From positions 686,980 to 750,979 of the forward strand of contig CAWBPM010000002.1 in the NCBI GenBank assembly GCA_963790825.1: a DNA stretch of 64,000 bases. Reading direction: 5' to 3'. The notes under the pieces were generated by a model, which saw nothing but the letters and a program-made list of their open reading frames with translations, was not told the origin of the DNA and searched no databases. Of the stretch, positions 1 to 11,572 are shown in pieces. The position numbers were made by a program, and so were the translations under genes. How positions within the stretch are numbered: the stretch's first letter is position 1; each line of letters opens with the position of its first letter. Origin of the DNA: Candidatus Levyibacteriota bacterium (GTDB lineage Bacteria > Patescibacteriota > Microgenomatia > Levybacterales > UBA12049).

Positions 1-35
1 TCCCTAACTTACTATAGTCTTAAGTTTTATGTTCT

Positions 36-111
36 TGGAGGCGCGAAGGGGACTCGAACCCCTGAATGACTGTTCTGCAAACAGCTGTGTTAGCCACTTC
101 ACCACCGCGCC
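36..111 (-). tRNA. tRNA-Cys(GCA)
   Basis: Reverse complement GGCGCGGTGGTGAAGTGGCTAACACAGCTGTTTGCAGAACAGTCATTCAGGGGTTCGAGTCCCCTTCGCGCCTCCA folds as a cloverleaf, anticodon GCA, encoded CCA. Confidence 0.95.
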
Positions 112-144
112 TGGCGGAGCCAGGCCTTGCTCCGCAAGGCCCTT

Positions 145-402
145 TCACGATTGCTCTAAACTATCTTCAATTTGTTTCTTTAAATCCTTTTTTGCCGCAT
201 GATTCTTTAGTTGTTTTTCTCGTTTTGTTGCATCTCTTTTATTAAGATAAGCTTCATAATAAACTAGTTTCCATGGTCTATTAGGCCTAGTAGCTGCTAC
301 GTTTCCTTTATTATGATCTTGATATCGCCTCCGTAAGTCACCACTAAAATCTATGTATATATCATTATTTTTGTGACTATTTAAAACATATACATAAAAC
401 AT
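145..402 (-). CDS. Small GIY-YIG nuclease family protein (UPF0213-like)
   Basis: YVYVL...IYIDFSGDLRRRYQDHNKG...RPWKLVYYEAY...DATKREKQLK; YIG motif reads YID. Confidence 0.9.
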   Translation of the reverse strand: MFYVYVLNSHKNNDIYIDFSGDLRRRYQDHNKGNVAATRPNRPWKLVYYEAYLNKRDATKREKQLKNHAAKKDLKKQIEDSLEQS

Positions 403-518
403 GTAGCTAGCTCTCTGTCATTTTAACATTATAAAGAAGGCGTAGCAAGCTCAGAGAGTACAAAATAGCATTTTGTTAGAAAGTTGAAAGATTGGAGAAA
501 ATATCCCATTATCTCCAC

Positions 519-546
519 AAAAAATCCCTCCAATTGGAGGGATTTT
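519..546 (-). terminator. Intrinsic terminator ending the 16S transcript
   Basis: Palindrome AAAATCCCTCCAATTGGAGGGATTTT followed by a U6 tract on the minus strand. Confidence 0.7.
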
Positions 547-844
547 GCTGACTAATCAAGAAGTGGTAGGAAAAGTCCATCCTTCGTATAAAACTACAAA
601 GGACGGTGCGAGAATGGTGTTCATTAATCTCTAAGTACTCGTTTCGTTCTAAAAAAGAACTTACAAGCCCCGCCTTGCGGCAAGTAGCGAGATTAACCAA
701 GAGCCATTCACTCCTCTTGTTGCCTATACACTGTTCTTGTCTATCCCAATACTGATTGCTCAATACTGTATAAAGCAAGATTGGTATCTTCCCCAATCCG
801 TGGTTCCTCTGCAACCATCAAAAGATGCTTACAAAAAAATTATT

Positions 845-2345
<1,501 letters not shown>

Positions 2346-2492
2346 AATCAACGAAGTTGTCCTGAATTTATTTCAGGATCTCCATCGAATATGAATAAGA
2401 ACAAAAAATTGTCTGTGCGTAAATTCCGAGGTTAATCAGAATAATTTAAGACAAGGGAAGTTCTTATTCGAAAATTCCCTACCACTTCTTGA

Positions 2493-2504
2493 TTGTCAAG
2501 GAGC
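2493..2504 (-). promoter_or_regulatory. boxA-like element in 16S leader
   Basis: GCTCCTTGACAA immediately 5' of the leader strand of the processing stem; resembles boxA GCTCTTTAACA. Confidence 0.5.
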
Positions 2505-2674
2505 GACAAATGCGAAGCATTTTCGCTCCGCGATCCTTCCGTAGTTCGCCAGCTGGCGAACGAAGGAGGATCAAATTGTCCCAGTCTATATAAAGTAGTC
2601 CAGAGACTAAAAAACCTCGCTAAGGCGAGGTATTCTCAAATCCTTGGCGAAAGAACTTTACATATCTAAAGCTC

Positions 2675-2702
2675 ATTATAGCTTGATTTGAAGGATTGTC
2701 AA
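2675..2702 (-). promoter_or_regulatory. Consensus sigma70 promoter, probable rRNA promoter
   Basis: TTGACA-N16-TATAAT on minus strand pointing to 16S. Confidence 0.75.
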
Positions 2703-2724
2703 GCGGACAATATGAGGTTTACAG

Positions 2725-3603
2725 TTAAGCAATTAACTTTGTCTCTCCGGCCGGAGTTGGTTCTCTATTTATTTTTTGACTAATATCGATTGGTCTAAAT
2801 TTATCCCAAACATCTCCTAAATCTTTATTTCCAGCTATTTGTTTTTGACCCTTCTTCGTTATAGCTTCTTCTATTTCACTAACTATCCTCTGGTTATCTC
2901 CATCTTGCTCCTTACTCTCATACATAACTTTTAGACCTTCTAATAAGTGAATTTCAAGTGGTGTTGTATCTCCCAAACCGTCCACTTGTCTCATTGTATC
3001 TAAATGTTTATCTCTTGCTCCGCTATCATACCAATCGCCACCATATATAATACTTTCAAGTCCTCCCCCTTGCAGAACTCTATTCAAGACAAACCGTCCT
3101 GTTCTACCGTTACCATCAAAAAAAGGATGTATTCTAATCCAGCAGTAATAAGCCCAAGCTGCATCTTGAACTGTTTCAGCAATATGCCCATGAGGAGAAG
3201 GAGGAATCGATTCATCCTCAGTAGATCTTCTCTCGTTTTGTTTTGCTAGTCTTCTATCTAGCTCTCTTGTATATTCTCGCATAAGGGGAGTAATATCTGT
3301 ACCTCGCACAAATATATTTTCCGGATCCTTAGATACAGCAGTATCAATATGAATATCCGTTTCGCGAAATGTACCTGGCTCATGTGGATAATACCCCCGT
3401 GATTGATACTCTTCCACATTTTGTAAGAGGCTTTTATGTAGAACAGGAATAGCTAAGCCACTTGGTATGAATGGCCTACGCACCCATTCATCAAGCACAG
3501 AACGCGTAGTAGTAATATTTCGGATTTCTTCAAGAGTATGACCGTTTTCAACTTTAGGAGAAAGATCTTTTGCATTTTCGGGAGAATCACCTTTTATTTC
3601 CAT
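2725..3603 (-). CDS. Fic domain protein (AMPylase-type toxin)
   Basis: Canonical Fic motif HPFFDGNGRTGR. Confidence 0.92.
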   Translation of the reverse strand: MEIKGDSPENAKDLSPKVENGHTLEEIRNITTTRSVLDEWVRRPFIPSGLAIPVLHKSLLQNVEEYQSRGYYPHEPGTFRETDIHIDTAVSKDPENIFVRGTDITPLMREYTRELDRRLAKQNERRSTEDESIPPSPHGHIAETVQDAAWAYYCWIRIHPFFDGNGRTGRFVLNRVLQGGGLESIIYGGDWYDSGARDKHLDTMRQVDGLGDTTPLEIHLLEGLKVMYESKEQDGDNQRIVSEIEEAITKKGQKQIAGNKDLGDVWDKFRPIDISQKINREPTPAGETKLIA

Positions 3604-3608
3604 AAAGA

Positions 3609-3911
3609 TTATTTTTGATCAGCTGCTGAATCAGGTAAATTAAAGAATCGTAAGATATCTCCAATATGCTCTCCTTCTAATCCTTGAGTGGTAAAAGTCT
3701 CTTTGATTTGTTCAATATCTTTAGGATTTCCTCTTATTCGTTTATAAGCATCTTCTTCAATAAATATATTTGAAAGATCTGCTATAAAATTTCTGGATGC
3801 CAGAGGAAAAGTTTGTAGGCCTTTATTAAACTTCTTCCTTTCTTCCTCTGTCATTCTTTCTGGATTATCTCCCATACTTTGGTCAATTCTATTAGTTTCT
3901 CTACTATTCAT
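3609..3911 (-). CDS. Putative Fic antitoxin (VbhA/FicA-like)
   Basis: 100-aa ORF 5 nt upstream of Fic with (S/T)xxxE(G/N) motif TQGLEG. Confidence 0.55.
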   Translation of the reverse strand: MNSRETNRIDQSMGDNPERMTEEERKKFNKGLQTFPLASRNFIADLSNIFIEEDAYKRIRGNPKDIEQIKETFTTQGLEGEHIGDILRFFNLPDSAADQK

Positions 3912-3985
3912 GATAAGTATACCTGATTTCTTTTAGGAATTAAACTTTTAGCAATTATATCATAATTTATTTTTCTCCATCATTT

Positions 3986-5191
3986 CCCGAGTTCTAGAAA
4001 CGATCGCACCCCCCTGTAAGGTTTAATTAGGTACAATTCACTTCCTGAGGTAAGAGAGGGGGTGAATTATGAAACACAAAAAGATAACGCAAACGGAACG
4101 GGAATTGTTAGGCCAGTGGAAGAAGGAAGGAGTAGCGAATAAAGAAATCGCCAGAAGACTGTCTCGTCCCGTCTTGACTATTCGTCGTGAGTTGAAAAGG
4201 AATAAAACCAAAGTTGCTGTTGGCAAAGAGTGGGAATGGATCTACGAACCAATCCATGCCCAGCATGTCGCGATGGAACGGAAACAAAATGCATGGTTGG
4301 CTAAAGAGCCGTTGAAAAACAAAAAAGTATACAAATACGTCATTGACCATCTTCGCGAGAGTTGGAGCCCTGAACAAATATCAGGAAGGCTCAAACATGA
4401 AGATCATCCGGATGATAAGTCGTGGCATATCTGTATGGAAACCATATACGCTTTTATCTACAAAGAAAAAACTGATATAACAAAACAAGGAATTAAACAA
4501 CAAAGCATATTTAATAAACATCTGGCTGGAAAAGACAGAACGGTGGTAACAGTAACGGACTTTGACCGACCATTATACGAGTATTTGAGGCGGAAACAGA
4601 CAAGACGACGGAAAAGAAACGGCAGGAAAGTTCATAGGTCACATATACCTGATCGCGTCAGTATTCATAAAAGGCCATTGATTGTCGCCAGACGAAAACA
4701 ATTTGGTCACTGGGAAGGAGACAGTATTGTTGGAGATAAACACGCCTCAGGGTTACATACAGAATATGAACGGGTTTCAAGCCTTACCCGATTTGAGCGG
4801 ATGGTTCGGATAACAGCGGCAGATACAGTTATTGCCGGTAAGAAAATATTTAGTCCCTTCCCTGAAAAAGCAAGGCGATCAACAACGCTTGATAACGGAC
4901 CGGAAAACCATGGACATACAGAGCTTAAGAAAGACCTATCCATGCAGACATATTTTGCAGATCCATATTCCTCCTGGCAACGAGGAGGAAATGAGAATGC
5001 AAATCTTTGGATCAGATACTACTTTCCAAAAGGGACTGATTTTAGTACAATCTCAGATGAAGAATTAAAAGACGTTCAGGATGAAATAAACAACCGTCCC
5101 AGAAAACGTCTTAAATTCAGAACGCCTCAGGAAGTATTTTCTGAGTACCTCAATAAACCCTAAAGGGGTGCATTAGTTCCTAGAATACGGG
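3986..5191 (+). mobile_element. IS30-family insertion sequence
   Basis: 27-bp imperfect terminal inverted repeats (3986-4012 / 5165-5191, 21/27 match), TTT on both flanks, single transposase. Confidence 0.88.
4069..5163 (+). CDS. IS30-family DDE transposase
   Basis: HTH, WSPEQISGRL, GHWEGDSI, TLDNGPE, SSWQRGGNENAN, NNRPRKRL. Confidence 0.96.
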   Translation: MKHKKITQTERELLGQWKKEGVANKEIARRLSRPVLTIRRELKRNKTKVAVGKEWEWIYEPIHAQHVAMERKQNAWLAKEPLKNKKVYKYVIDHLRESWSPEQISGRLKHEDHPDDKSWHICMETIYAFIYKEKTDITKQGIKQQSIFNKHLAGKDRTVVTVTDFDRPLYEYLRRKQTRRRKRNGRKVHRSHIPDRVSIHKRPLIVARRKQFGHWEGDSIVGDKHASGLHTEYERVSSLTRFERMVRITAADTVIAGKKIFSPFPEKARRSTTLDNGPENHGHTELKKDLSMQTYFADPYSSWQRGGNENANLWIRYYFPKGTDFSTISDEELKDVQDEINNRPRKRLKFRTPQEVFSEYLNKP

Positions 5192-5401
5192 TTTATACAA
5201 CACGATTCCTAAACTAACATGACATTGAGCGAGACATTTACTCCTCATATCGGCAGTTCAACAATTTTATTACCTATATCTAATCGTATTTTTATATCAG
5301 AATAAAAAGGAGTTAAATGTCTGTGGAGAGAATCGTATCTATTATCTCAAATTTCATAATAACAAATATTTACAAATAAATAAAGACTTGTAAATATAAA
5401 A

Positions 5402-6583
5402 TTGTTGAGGTATATTAAAATCGTAAGGATGGCAAGATTTGAATCTGAAATCTTATTAAATAGTCAGGTGCTTACAGCCGCTGCGCCTATAGAAAATGCA
5501 AAAAATTCCCCATACCGGATTAAATCCAATAATATTGTTTTTTTGGCAGGAAGAGGAAATACTCCGCTTGCAAGAGAAGTTACAGATTTACTAGGTAAAC
5601 CTTTATACACGCCAGCCAGTAGTTTTGCAGATGGTGAATCGGATGTAAAAATAGATGTGGAATCAGTTGATTTCACCGGAATAGATGTATTTATATCCCA
5701 GTCAACACAGCCCAAAGTTACACCTGACGGCCTCGGTGTTAATGACCATGTAATGGAACTATATTTCATGAATAAAGCCGCCAAGCGGGCCGGTGCAAAT
5801 AGAGTTGTCGATATCATTCCTTATTACGGATATGGCAGAGGTGATGCCGATAATCCCGGACGGACTCTGACTGCAGCAGATGTTGCACGATTGTTAACGA
5901 AACGAACCAGGGTAAAACGATTAATGAGTGTCGATCTGCATAATCCAGCTGTAAAAATGGCGGTTGAAAAACCTTGGGATAATTTATATGCCAGTAGAAG
6001 TCTTGTCCCGGTTATACGAAATAGATTAAAACAACATGGCGAGTTTGATAATGCCGTTATTGTGTCTCCGGATAATGGCGCTGTAAGACGATCCAGCGCA
6101 TTTGCCAGAGAAATCGGCATTAGAAGTTTGGCGATAATTCACAAGCATCGTCCAGAAGATGAGAAAGATAAATCGGAAGTCGTAGAAGTAGTTGGTGATG
6201 TAAAAGGGAAAGTAGCCGTGGTCGTCGATGATATAGCTAACACATTAGGAACTGCCGTTCATGGTGCTATAGGATTAATGGAACGCGGAGCAAAACGAGT
6301 TATATTCGTCGGGGTACATGGCATTTTATCAGGAGACGCACTTAAATATTTACAAAATCCGGCATTAGATCATGCTTACCTAATGAATACGATAGAACTG
6401 AGACCGGAAGTAATGCAGCAAGTTGGCGAAGTTATTGCAAATCCATTTGATGAGGAAAGCTATAAAGATACTGAAAATCCCGATAAAAAATTAACTATTG
6501 TATCTGTGGCGCCACAATTAGCTAAAACTATCTACACTTATGTAGCCACGAAAAAACGAAATAATCATCCCAATAAACATTAA
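5402..6583 (+). CDS. prs: Ribose-phosphate pyrophosphokinase (start may be ATG 5429)
   Basis: FADGE, IPYYGYGRGD, VDLH, VSPDNGA, VVVDDIANTLGT motifs. Confidence 0.9.
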   Translation: MLRYIKIVRMARFESEILLNSQVLTAAAPIENAKNSPYRIKSNNIVFLAGRGNTPLAREVTDLLGKPLYTPASSFADGESDVKIDVESVDFTGIDVFISQSTQPKVTPDGLGVNDHVMELYFMNKAAKRAGANRVVDIIPYYGYGRGDADNPGRTLTAADVARLLTKRTRVKRLMSVDLHNPAVKMAVEKPWDNLYASRSLVPVIRNRLKQHGEFDNAVIVSPDNGAVRRSSAFAREIGIRSLAIIHKHRPEDEKDKSEVVEVVGDVKGKVAVVVDDIANTLGTAVHGAIGLMERGAKRVIFVGVHGILSGDALKYLQNPALDHAYLMNTIELRPEVMQQVGEVIANPFDEESYKDTENPDKKLTIVSVAPQLAKTIYTYVATKKRNNHPNKH

Positions 6584-6657
6584 TACGAATCCGTTTGCGT
6601 ATTCTTGGATTAATCAATCAGAAGAATAACCTTTATTTATACCTCTTTTATAAATCT

Positions 6658-7179
6658 TTAATTACCTGGTATAACACAATCCCCCAGACTTACCATCACG
6701 TTTAAACTTATATTTACTCCGTACATCGGCAGTTCGACAATTCCGTCGCACATTTCTAATACTTCTTTCGACACTCCCTTAGTTTCATGTCCCACAACCA
6801 ACGCAATCGGAAAATGATAATCAAATGTGTCATACGGCATACTTCTTGCGTGTTGTTCTATTGCCACCACCGTCAAATTTTCAATTTTCAATTTTAAATT
6901 TTCAATTGCTTCAGCTGCTGTTGGCGAGTACTCCCAGGGAACCCATTCGGTTGTATTGATTGAGGCTTTTTTTATGCGCGTATTTGGCGGCGTTTCTGAG
7001 CCTTTACAAAGAATTACTTTTTCTGCCGCCACTGCATCGGCGAGACGAAATATCGCGCCTATATTATAAGTATCCAGAACATTATCCAAAATAATATAGA
7101 TCGGATTCCGCTTTACCGCTTGCAATTTTCCAGCGTCTTTTTCCGACAACCGAAGTTCTGCTGCTTTCATCTTTATCAT
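6658..7179 (-). CDS. TrmH/SpoU-family RNA methyltransferase
   Basis: ILDNVLDTYNIGAIFR, VVGHETKGV, LPMYGVNISLNV; C-terminus probably frameshifted in a G5 run. Confidence 0.9.
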   Translation of the reverse strand: MIKMKAAELRLSEKDAGKLQAVKRNPIYIILDNVLDTYNIGAIFRLADAVAAEKVILCKGSETPPNTRIKKASINTTEWVPWEYSPTAAEAIENLKLKIENLTVVAIEQHARSMPYDTFDYHFPIALVVGHETKGVSKEVLEMCDGIVELPMYGVNISLNVMVSLGDCVIPGN

Positions 7180-7265
7180 GCTTGTAATCTTACTAAAATT
7201 CCTCTCTTTTTACAAATATCAACGTAACTTGACACCCTTAATAACGACAGGTATATAATTGATAA

Positions 7266-7715
7266 ATGACTGCCACCTCTCATGCAATAATCGGTACCGT
7301 GATTGCAGCGAAAATCGGTAATCCTGCACTTGCCATACCAATTGCAATTGCTTCTCACGTCTTAGCAGACTTGTTCCCGCACTGGGATTTCGGCACACAC
7401 AGAAAAGAAAAAACCAAATTGCGCTTCACGCTCGAATCAATCGGAGACGTTTTGCTTAGCTTCGTTGTAGCCTACTTTCTTATCCAATTTCTTGCACCCG
7501 CTACAAATCTCATATACCTTTTCATCGTAGTTCTGGCTGCACAGTCCGTTGACTGGCTTTTTATGCCGTATTTATATTTAAATATGAAATTTCCTCCTTT
7601 TTCCTGGGCATTTAAGTTTTCCCGCATGACAAATACTAAGTTGGATAAACCCTGGGGAATTATTGGTCAAGTTTGGGTACTTATTCTTCTGGTTGCCTTC
7701 GCGAAACTATTTTAA
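7266..7715 (+). CDS. Membrane protein, metal-dependent hydrolase-like
   Basis: SHAIIG...SHVLADLFPHWD with several TM segments. Confidence 0.65.
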   Translation: MTATSHAIIGTVIAAKIGNPALAIPIAIASHVLADLFPHWDFGTHRKEKTKLRFTLESIGDVLLSFVVAYFLIQFLAPATNLIYLFIVVLAAQSVDWLFMPYLYLNMKFPPFSWAFKFSRMTNTKLDKPWGIIGQVWVLILLVAFAKLF

Positions 7716-7760
7716 ACTTTTAAATTTGACATTCCTTTTTCACCTATAGATACTAGAGAT

Positions 7761-8705
7761 ATGGATCAAAAAAAGAAAGACGATGAGCTCAGACTTCCCG
7801 CCTCCTTGTATGACCTTCCAAAAGTTCCCGAGGAAATACCTACCGTTGCATCTTCTCTTCACCCTGTATTTCCGACTATTCCTACCTCAACAACTTTCCT
7901 TTCCCTAAATCAAACTGCTTCCAATCCCTCCGAGACACCTATCCCCCCACAAATCAAACCTCAGTTTTCCACGTCACCGATCGCCAATCCTAACCCGCCG
8001 ATTTTTAGGAAAATATTTTGGGTTTTATTAATTTTAGTACTCATTGCCGTTGGGCTTTTCGGAACTGCGTATTATCTCGTTTACCACTCTTTAAATCAGA
8101 AACTCGACCAGATCAACCACGTGAATGATCGGAGTGTCATTCTTCCCTCTTCTCCTACTCCTACCCAAACACCACTTGTTTGTCCTCCGAATACCGATTC
8201 GCAAACAGCGTCTTGGTCAACGTATATAAATCAGGCGTATGGTTTTTGTTTCCGATATCCCGAAGGATTATATACTGATTTTTTAACCACATCTGATGCA
8301 AAAACTCACTTCGTTCAAATCCATGCAGATAACCCACCTGGTTCAAAAAACTTTGGCACAGATCTTCAGCTGACACTGCTACAAGTAAATTTACCGCTTG
8401 ATGATTTCCTGTCCTCCCAGGCAGCAACATTACAAACTACTTCAAAAGTTAAAACCACGGTAGGAAGTGACGTCGCATATCAACTAGTTCGTTTCCCCGG
8501 GTATTTAGAAACACCTGCAGTAACGGGCTATGACATCATTTTTAAACACACGGGCACATTTTATTCATTCCTTTTCAGCGAAGAAGATTCTGCGATAGTA
8601 GAAACAAATCATAGTGGGTTTCCAACACAACAAAAAACTTTTGACTTAGTAGTTTCTTCATTCCAACTTCTTGTAGCAAGTTCCGAGGGACAAATCAGCA
8701 AATAA
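7761..8705 (+). CDS. Single-pass membrane protein with Pro/Thr linker and PsbP-like extracellular domain
   Basis: TM helix, PTPT linker, WSTYINQAYGFCFRYP...VVSSFQL. Confidence 0.65.
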   Translation: MDQKKKDDELRLPASLYDLPKVPEEIPTVASSLHPVFPTIPTSTTFLSLNQTASNPSETPIPPQIKPQFSTSPIANPNPPIFRKIFWVLLILVLIAVGLFGTAYYLVYHSLNQKLDQINHVNDRSVILPSSPTPTQTPLVCPPNTDSQTASWSTYINQAYGFCFRYPEGLYTDFLTTSDAKTHFVQIHADNPPGSKNFGTDLQLTLLQVNLPLDDFLSSQAATLQTTSKVKTTVGSDVAYQLVRFPGYLETPAVTGYDIIFKHTGTFYSFLFSEEDSAIVETNHSGFPTQQKTFDLVVSSFQLLVASSEGQISK

Positions 8706-8741
8706 TTATTGATTTTTGTCAAATTTGGAAATCAAATATTA

Positions 8742-9164
8742 CTATTTACTCCTCTTCAGCTTTTTCTTCGGGTTATAAGGTATCATAAAGAAGAGAACTA
8801 AGAAACTGACGATACAAAACCAACCATAAAAATTTATAAAAAATACATCCATCTCATGATATGCAGGCAAACTGGGACAAACATCAACACATTCTAAGCC
8901 TAATCCAAGTTGTGCCCAGAAATATTGTACAACCACAAACCCGAACGCAATTACACATAAAATAACTCTATATTTATATTTTATAGCTAAAGCAATACTG
9001 ACTAAAAGTAAATAAATAATGAATGGAATAAAACCTATAATCCAATCGAGTAGTGGCTGTGGTGAAGAACCGTGGCTTCCACCACCGATATAAGCATTAA
9101 TATACTCCAGTACGATTTCAATAACTAAAGTAATAATTAAAACAATTACTAATAATCTCCGCAT
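8742..9164 (-). CDS. Hypothetical 4-TM membrane protein
   Basis: Four hydrophobic segments, 140 aa. Confidence 0.65.
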   Translation of the reverse strand: MRRLLVIVLIITLVIEIVLEYINAYIGGGSHGSSPQPLLDWIIGFIPFIIYLLLVSIALAIKYKYRVILCVIAFGFVVVQYFWAQLGLGLECVDVCPSLPAYHEMDVFFINFYGWFCIVSFLVLFFMIPYNPKKKLKRSK

Positions 9165-9201
9165 CAGATTTAGTATGATACAGCAATATTATGGTGTCAA
9201 A

Positions 9202-11481
9202 TTATGATTGTTTCGCAGATATAGTTTTTTTTCTTCTAATAACGCGTTTAACCATATTGCGCTTCGTTGCTACTTTAGTATTATTTGCCGGACGTGCTGT
9301 TTTCTTAGCAAAACTTGCCATATCTCCTTCTTTCCAATTTTTTATATCTTGCAGTTTCCAAGCTGCGAAGTCGCAACTGGGATAATTCGCACAGCCGTAA
9401 AATGTTCTGCCTTTTCGGGTTTTCCTTTCAACGATTTTACCATTGTCTTTCGGACAAATTAAATTTGTGTCTTTTGTGAGCGCTTTTGTAAATTTACATT
9501 CAGGAAATTTGCTGCATGAGAGAAATTTACCAAATCGTCCATGTCGGATAACCAGATTTGCGTTGCAAACTGGACATTTTTCGTCAACTTCTTCAACCGC
9601 AATTTTTACTCTCTCTGCTCCCTCAACTGCTTTTAGTTTTTCTTCAAATGGAGTATAAAATTCCCGCATCATTACTTTCCATTCTTTTTGCCCATTTGCA
9701 ATTTGATCGAGTTCATCTTCCATCAATGCGGTAAAGGGAATATCGTCGATGTTAGAAAAATTCGTTACCAGAAAGTCGTTAACCGCAGTGCCAATTGCCG
9801 TCGCTTGATATCTTTTGTTAACTCGTTCGACATAACCGCGGTCGGAAATAGTTGAAATAATAGATGCATAGGTTGATGGTCGGCCAATGCCTTTTTCCTC
9901 AAGGGTTTGGATAATCGATGCGTCATTATACCTCGGCGGTGGTAGTGTTTCATGCTCAGTTGGTAGTACTGAATCCGTAATGAGAACTTCTTCTGCGGTA
10001 AATTGCGGCAAGCGAGTATCTTGCAATGCCTGGGGTGTCAGCTTAAGAAATCCTTCGAAAAGCAAAACAGAGCCATTCGCCTTTAATCGATAAGGATTAT
10101 CCTTCTTGTCATTCTGGAACGAAGCCAAGTACCGTCCGGTACCTGGCGAAGCTATAGAATCTTTTTCATGAGATCCTATCGTCCCGCTAAGCGGGACTCC
10201 GGGATTACTGGTGCTCGTATCCGCGTATACAGTCGTTGACTCAATAATCGCATCTGCCATTTGCGAGGCAACTGTCCGCTTCCAAATTAAATCATATAGT
10301 CTGCCGTGATCGCGTCCCAAATTCTGCTCAATCATCATGCCGCTAGTCGTAAATTTTGTCGGTCGTATTCCCTCATGTGCTTCCTGAGCCGATTTTTGCT
10401 TGGTCATATACATTCGAGGTTTTACCGGTAAGAATTTATTTCCGAATTCGTGCTGAATATAATTTCTGATCTGCGTTATAGCAGTCGTAGCCAAGGTAAC
10501 AGAATCGGTACGGTGATAGGTAATATGGCCTTCTTCATAGAGTTTTTGCGCCAAGTTCATTGTTCGTTTTGCCGCAAACCCGAATCTCCGAGCGCTGTCT
10601 TGCTGTAAAGTCGACGTCGTAAACGGAGCATATGGACTCCTTCGCATTTCCCGCTCGACTACATCCGAGACGATAAGCTGTTTCTGTTTCAAATCTTCGC
10701 TAATTTGGTCTGCTTTAGTTTTCGAGTCAATCTGTGTTTTGGACAATTTATATTCTCCATCGTAGAGATCAAACTTCTGCTGCAGCTCAATTTTCTCACC
10801 ATTAATTTCGATAAGCGTAAATTCTACTATTTCGTTTTTTGTTTTAAGTTTTAAATCTTGAGTTGCTTTACAAAGCATTGCATGTATTGTCCAATATTTT
10901 TCCTTGACGAACTTTTCAATCTCCCGCTCTCTTTCTACAATAAGCCGGAGTGCGACACTTTGCACCCGTCCGGCCGAAAGTCCGCGTCTGACTTTTTTCC
11001 AAAGTACTGGAGAAAGTTGATAGCCAACCAGTCTGTCTAAAATTCGTCTGGCAGTTTGCGCATCGACGAGATTCGTATCGATATCCCGGGGATTGGCGAC
11101 AGCTTCTTTAATCGCTCCTTCGGTAATCTCATGAAATACAACACGGACAAACTTGTCTGCCGATATACCCTTTCCTTTCCCGCCGTCTATTAGTAGTTTT
11201 TTAATGTCTGCAGAAATTGCCTCCCCTTCACGGTCAGGGTCAGTTGCCAGCATCACCTTACCTGCCGACTTCGCTGCAGACCGAAGCTCTGCGATCATGG
11301 ATTTTTTGTCTTCAACAATCTCATATTGGGTTGCAAAATCATTCTGAACGTCCACGCCTAATTTACTCTTAGGTAAATCCATGACGTGCCCCATTGAAAA
11401 TTTTATGTCATAATCTGACCCTAAAAATTTACTGATGGTTCGCGCCTTAGTTGGGGACTCAACTATAACTAGGTTTCTCAT
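9202..11481 (-). CDS. topA: DNA topoisomerase I with in-frame repeat insertions
   Basis: IVESPTKA, ATDPDREGEAI, SAGRVQS, ITYHRTD, QEAHEGIRPT, GIGRPSTY, C-terminal Zn ribbons. Confidence 0.98.
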   Translation of the reverse strand: MRNLVIVESPTKARTISKFLGSDYDIKFSMGHVMDLPKSKLGVDVQNDFATQYEIVEDKKSMIAELRSAAKSAGKVMLATDPDREGEAISADIKKLLIDGGKGKGISADKFVRVVFHEITEGAIKEAVANPRDIDTNLVDAQTARRILDRLVGYQLSPVLWKKVRRGLSAGRVQSVALRLIVEREREIEKFVKEKYWTIHAMLCKATQDLKLKTKNEIVEFTLIEINGEKIELQQKFDLYDGEYKLSKTQIDSKTKADQISEDLKQKQLIVSDVVEREMRRSPYAPFTTSTLQQDSARRFGFAAKRTMNLAQKLYEEGHITYHRTDSVTLATTAITQIRNYIQHEFGNKFLPVKPRMYMTKQKSAQEAHEGIRPTKFTTSGMMIEQNLGRDHGRLYDLIWKRTVASQMADAIIESTTVYADTSTSNPGVPLSGTIGSHEKDSIASPGTGRYLASFQNDKKDNPYRLKANGSVLLFEGFLKLTPQALQDTRLPQFTAEEVLITDSVLPTEHETLPPPRYNDASIIQTLEEKGIGRPSTYASIISTISDRGYVERVNKRYQATAIGTAVNDFLVTNFSNIDDIPFTALMEDELDQIANGQKEWKVMMREFYTPFEEKLKAVEGAERVKIAVEEVDEKCPVCNANLVIRHGRFGKFLSCSKFPECKFTKALTKDTNLICPKDNGKIVERKTRKGRTFYGCANYPSCDFAAWKLQDIKNWKEGDMASFAKKTARPANNTKVATKRNMVKRVIRRKKTISAKQS
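10108..10208. repeat. GTCAT-type palindromic element inside topA
   Basis: GTCATTCTGG...ATAGAATC...GATCCTATC...CCGGGATTAC; same architecture as intergenic copies. Confidence 0.85.
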
Positions 11482-11572
11482 AAACAGAAAAAAGCAACAG
11501 GGATGGTACGTTTTTTACTTATTGCGTTACAATATTGTAGTCTACATTGTACACAACGTGTCAAGAGGAAAC

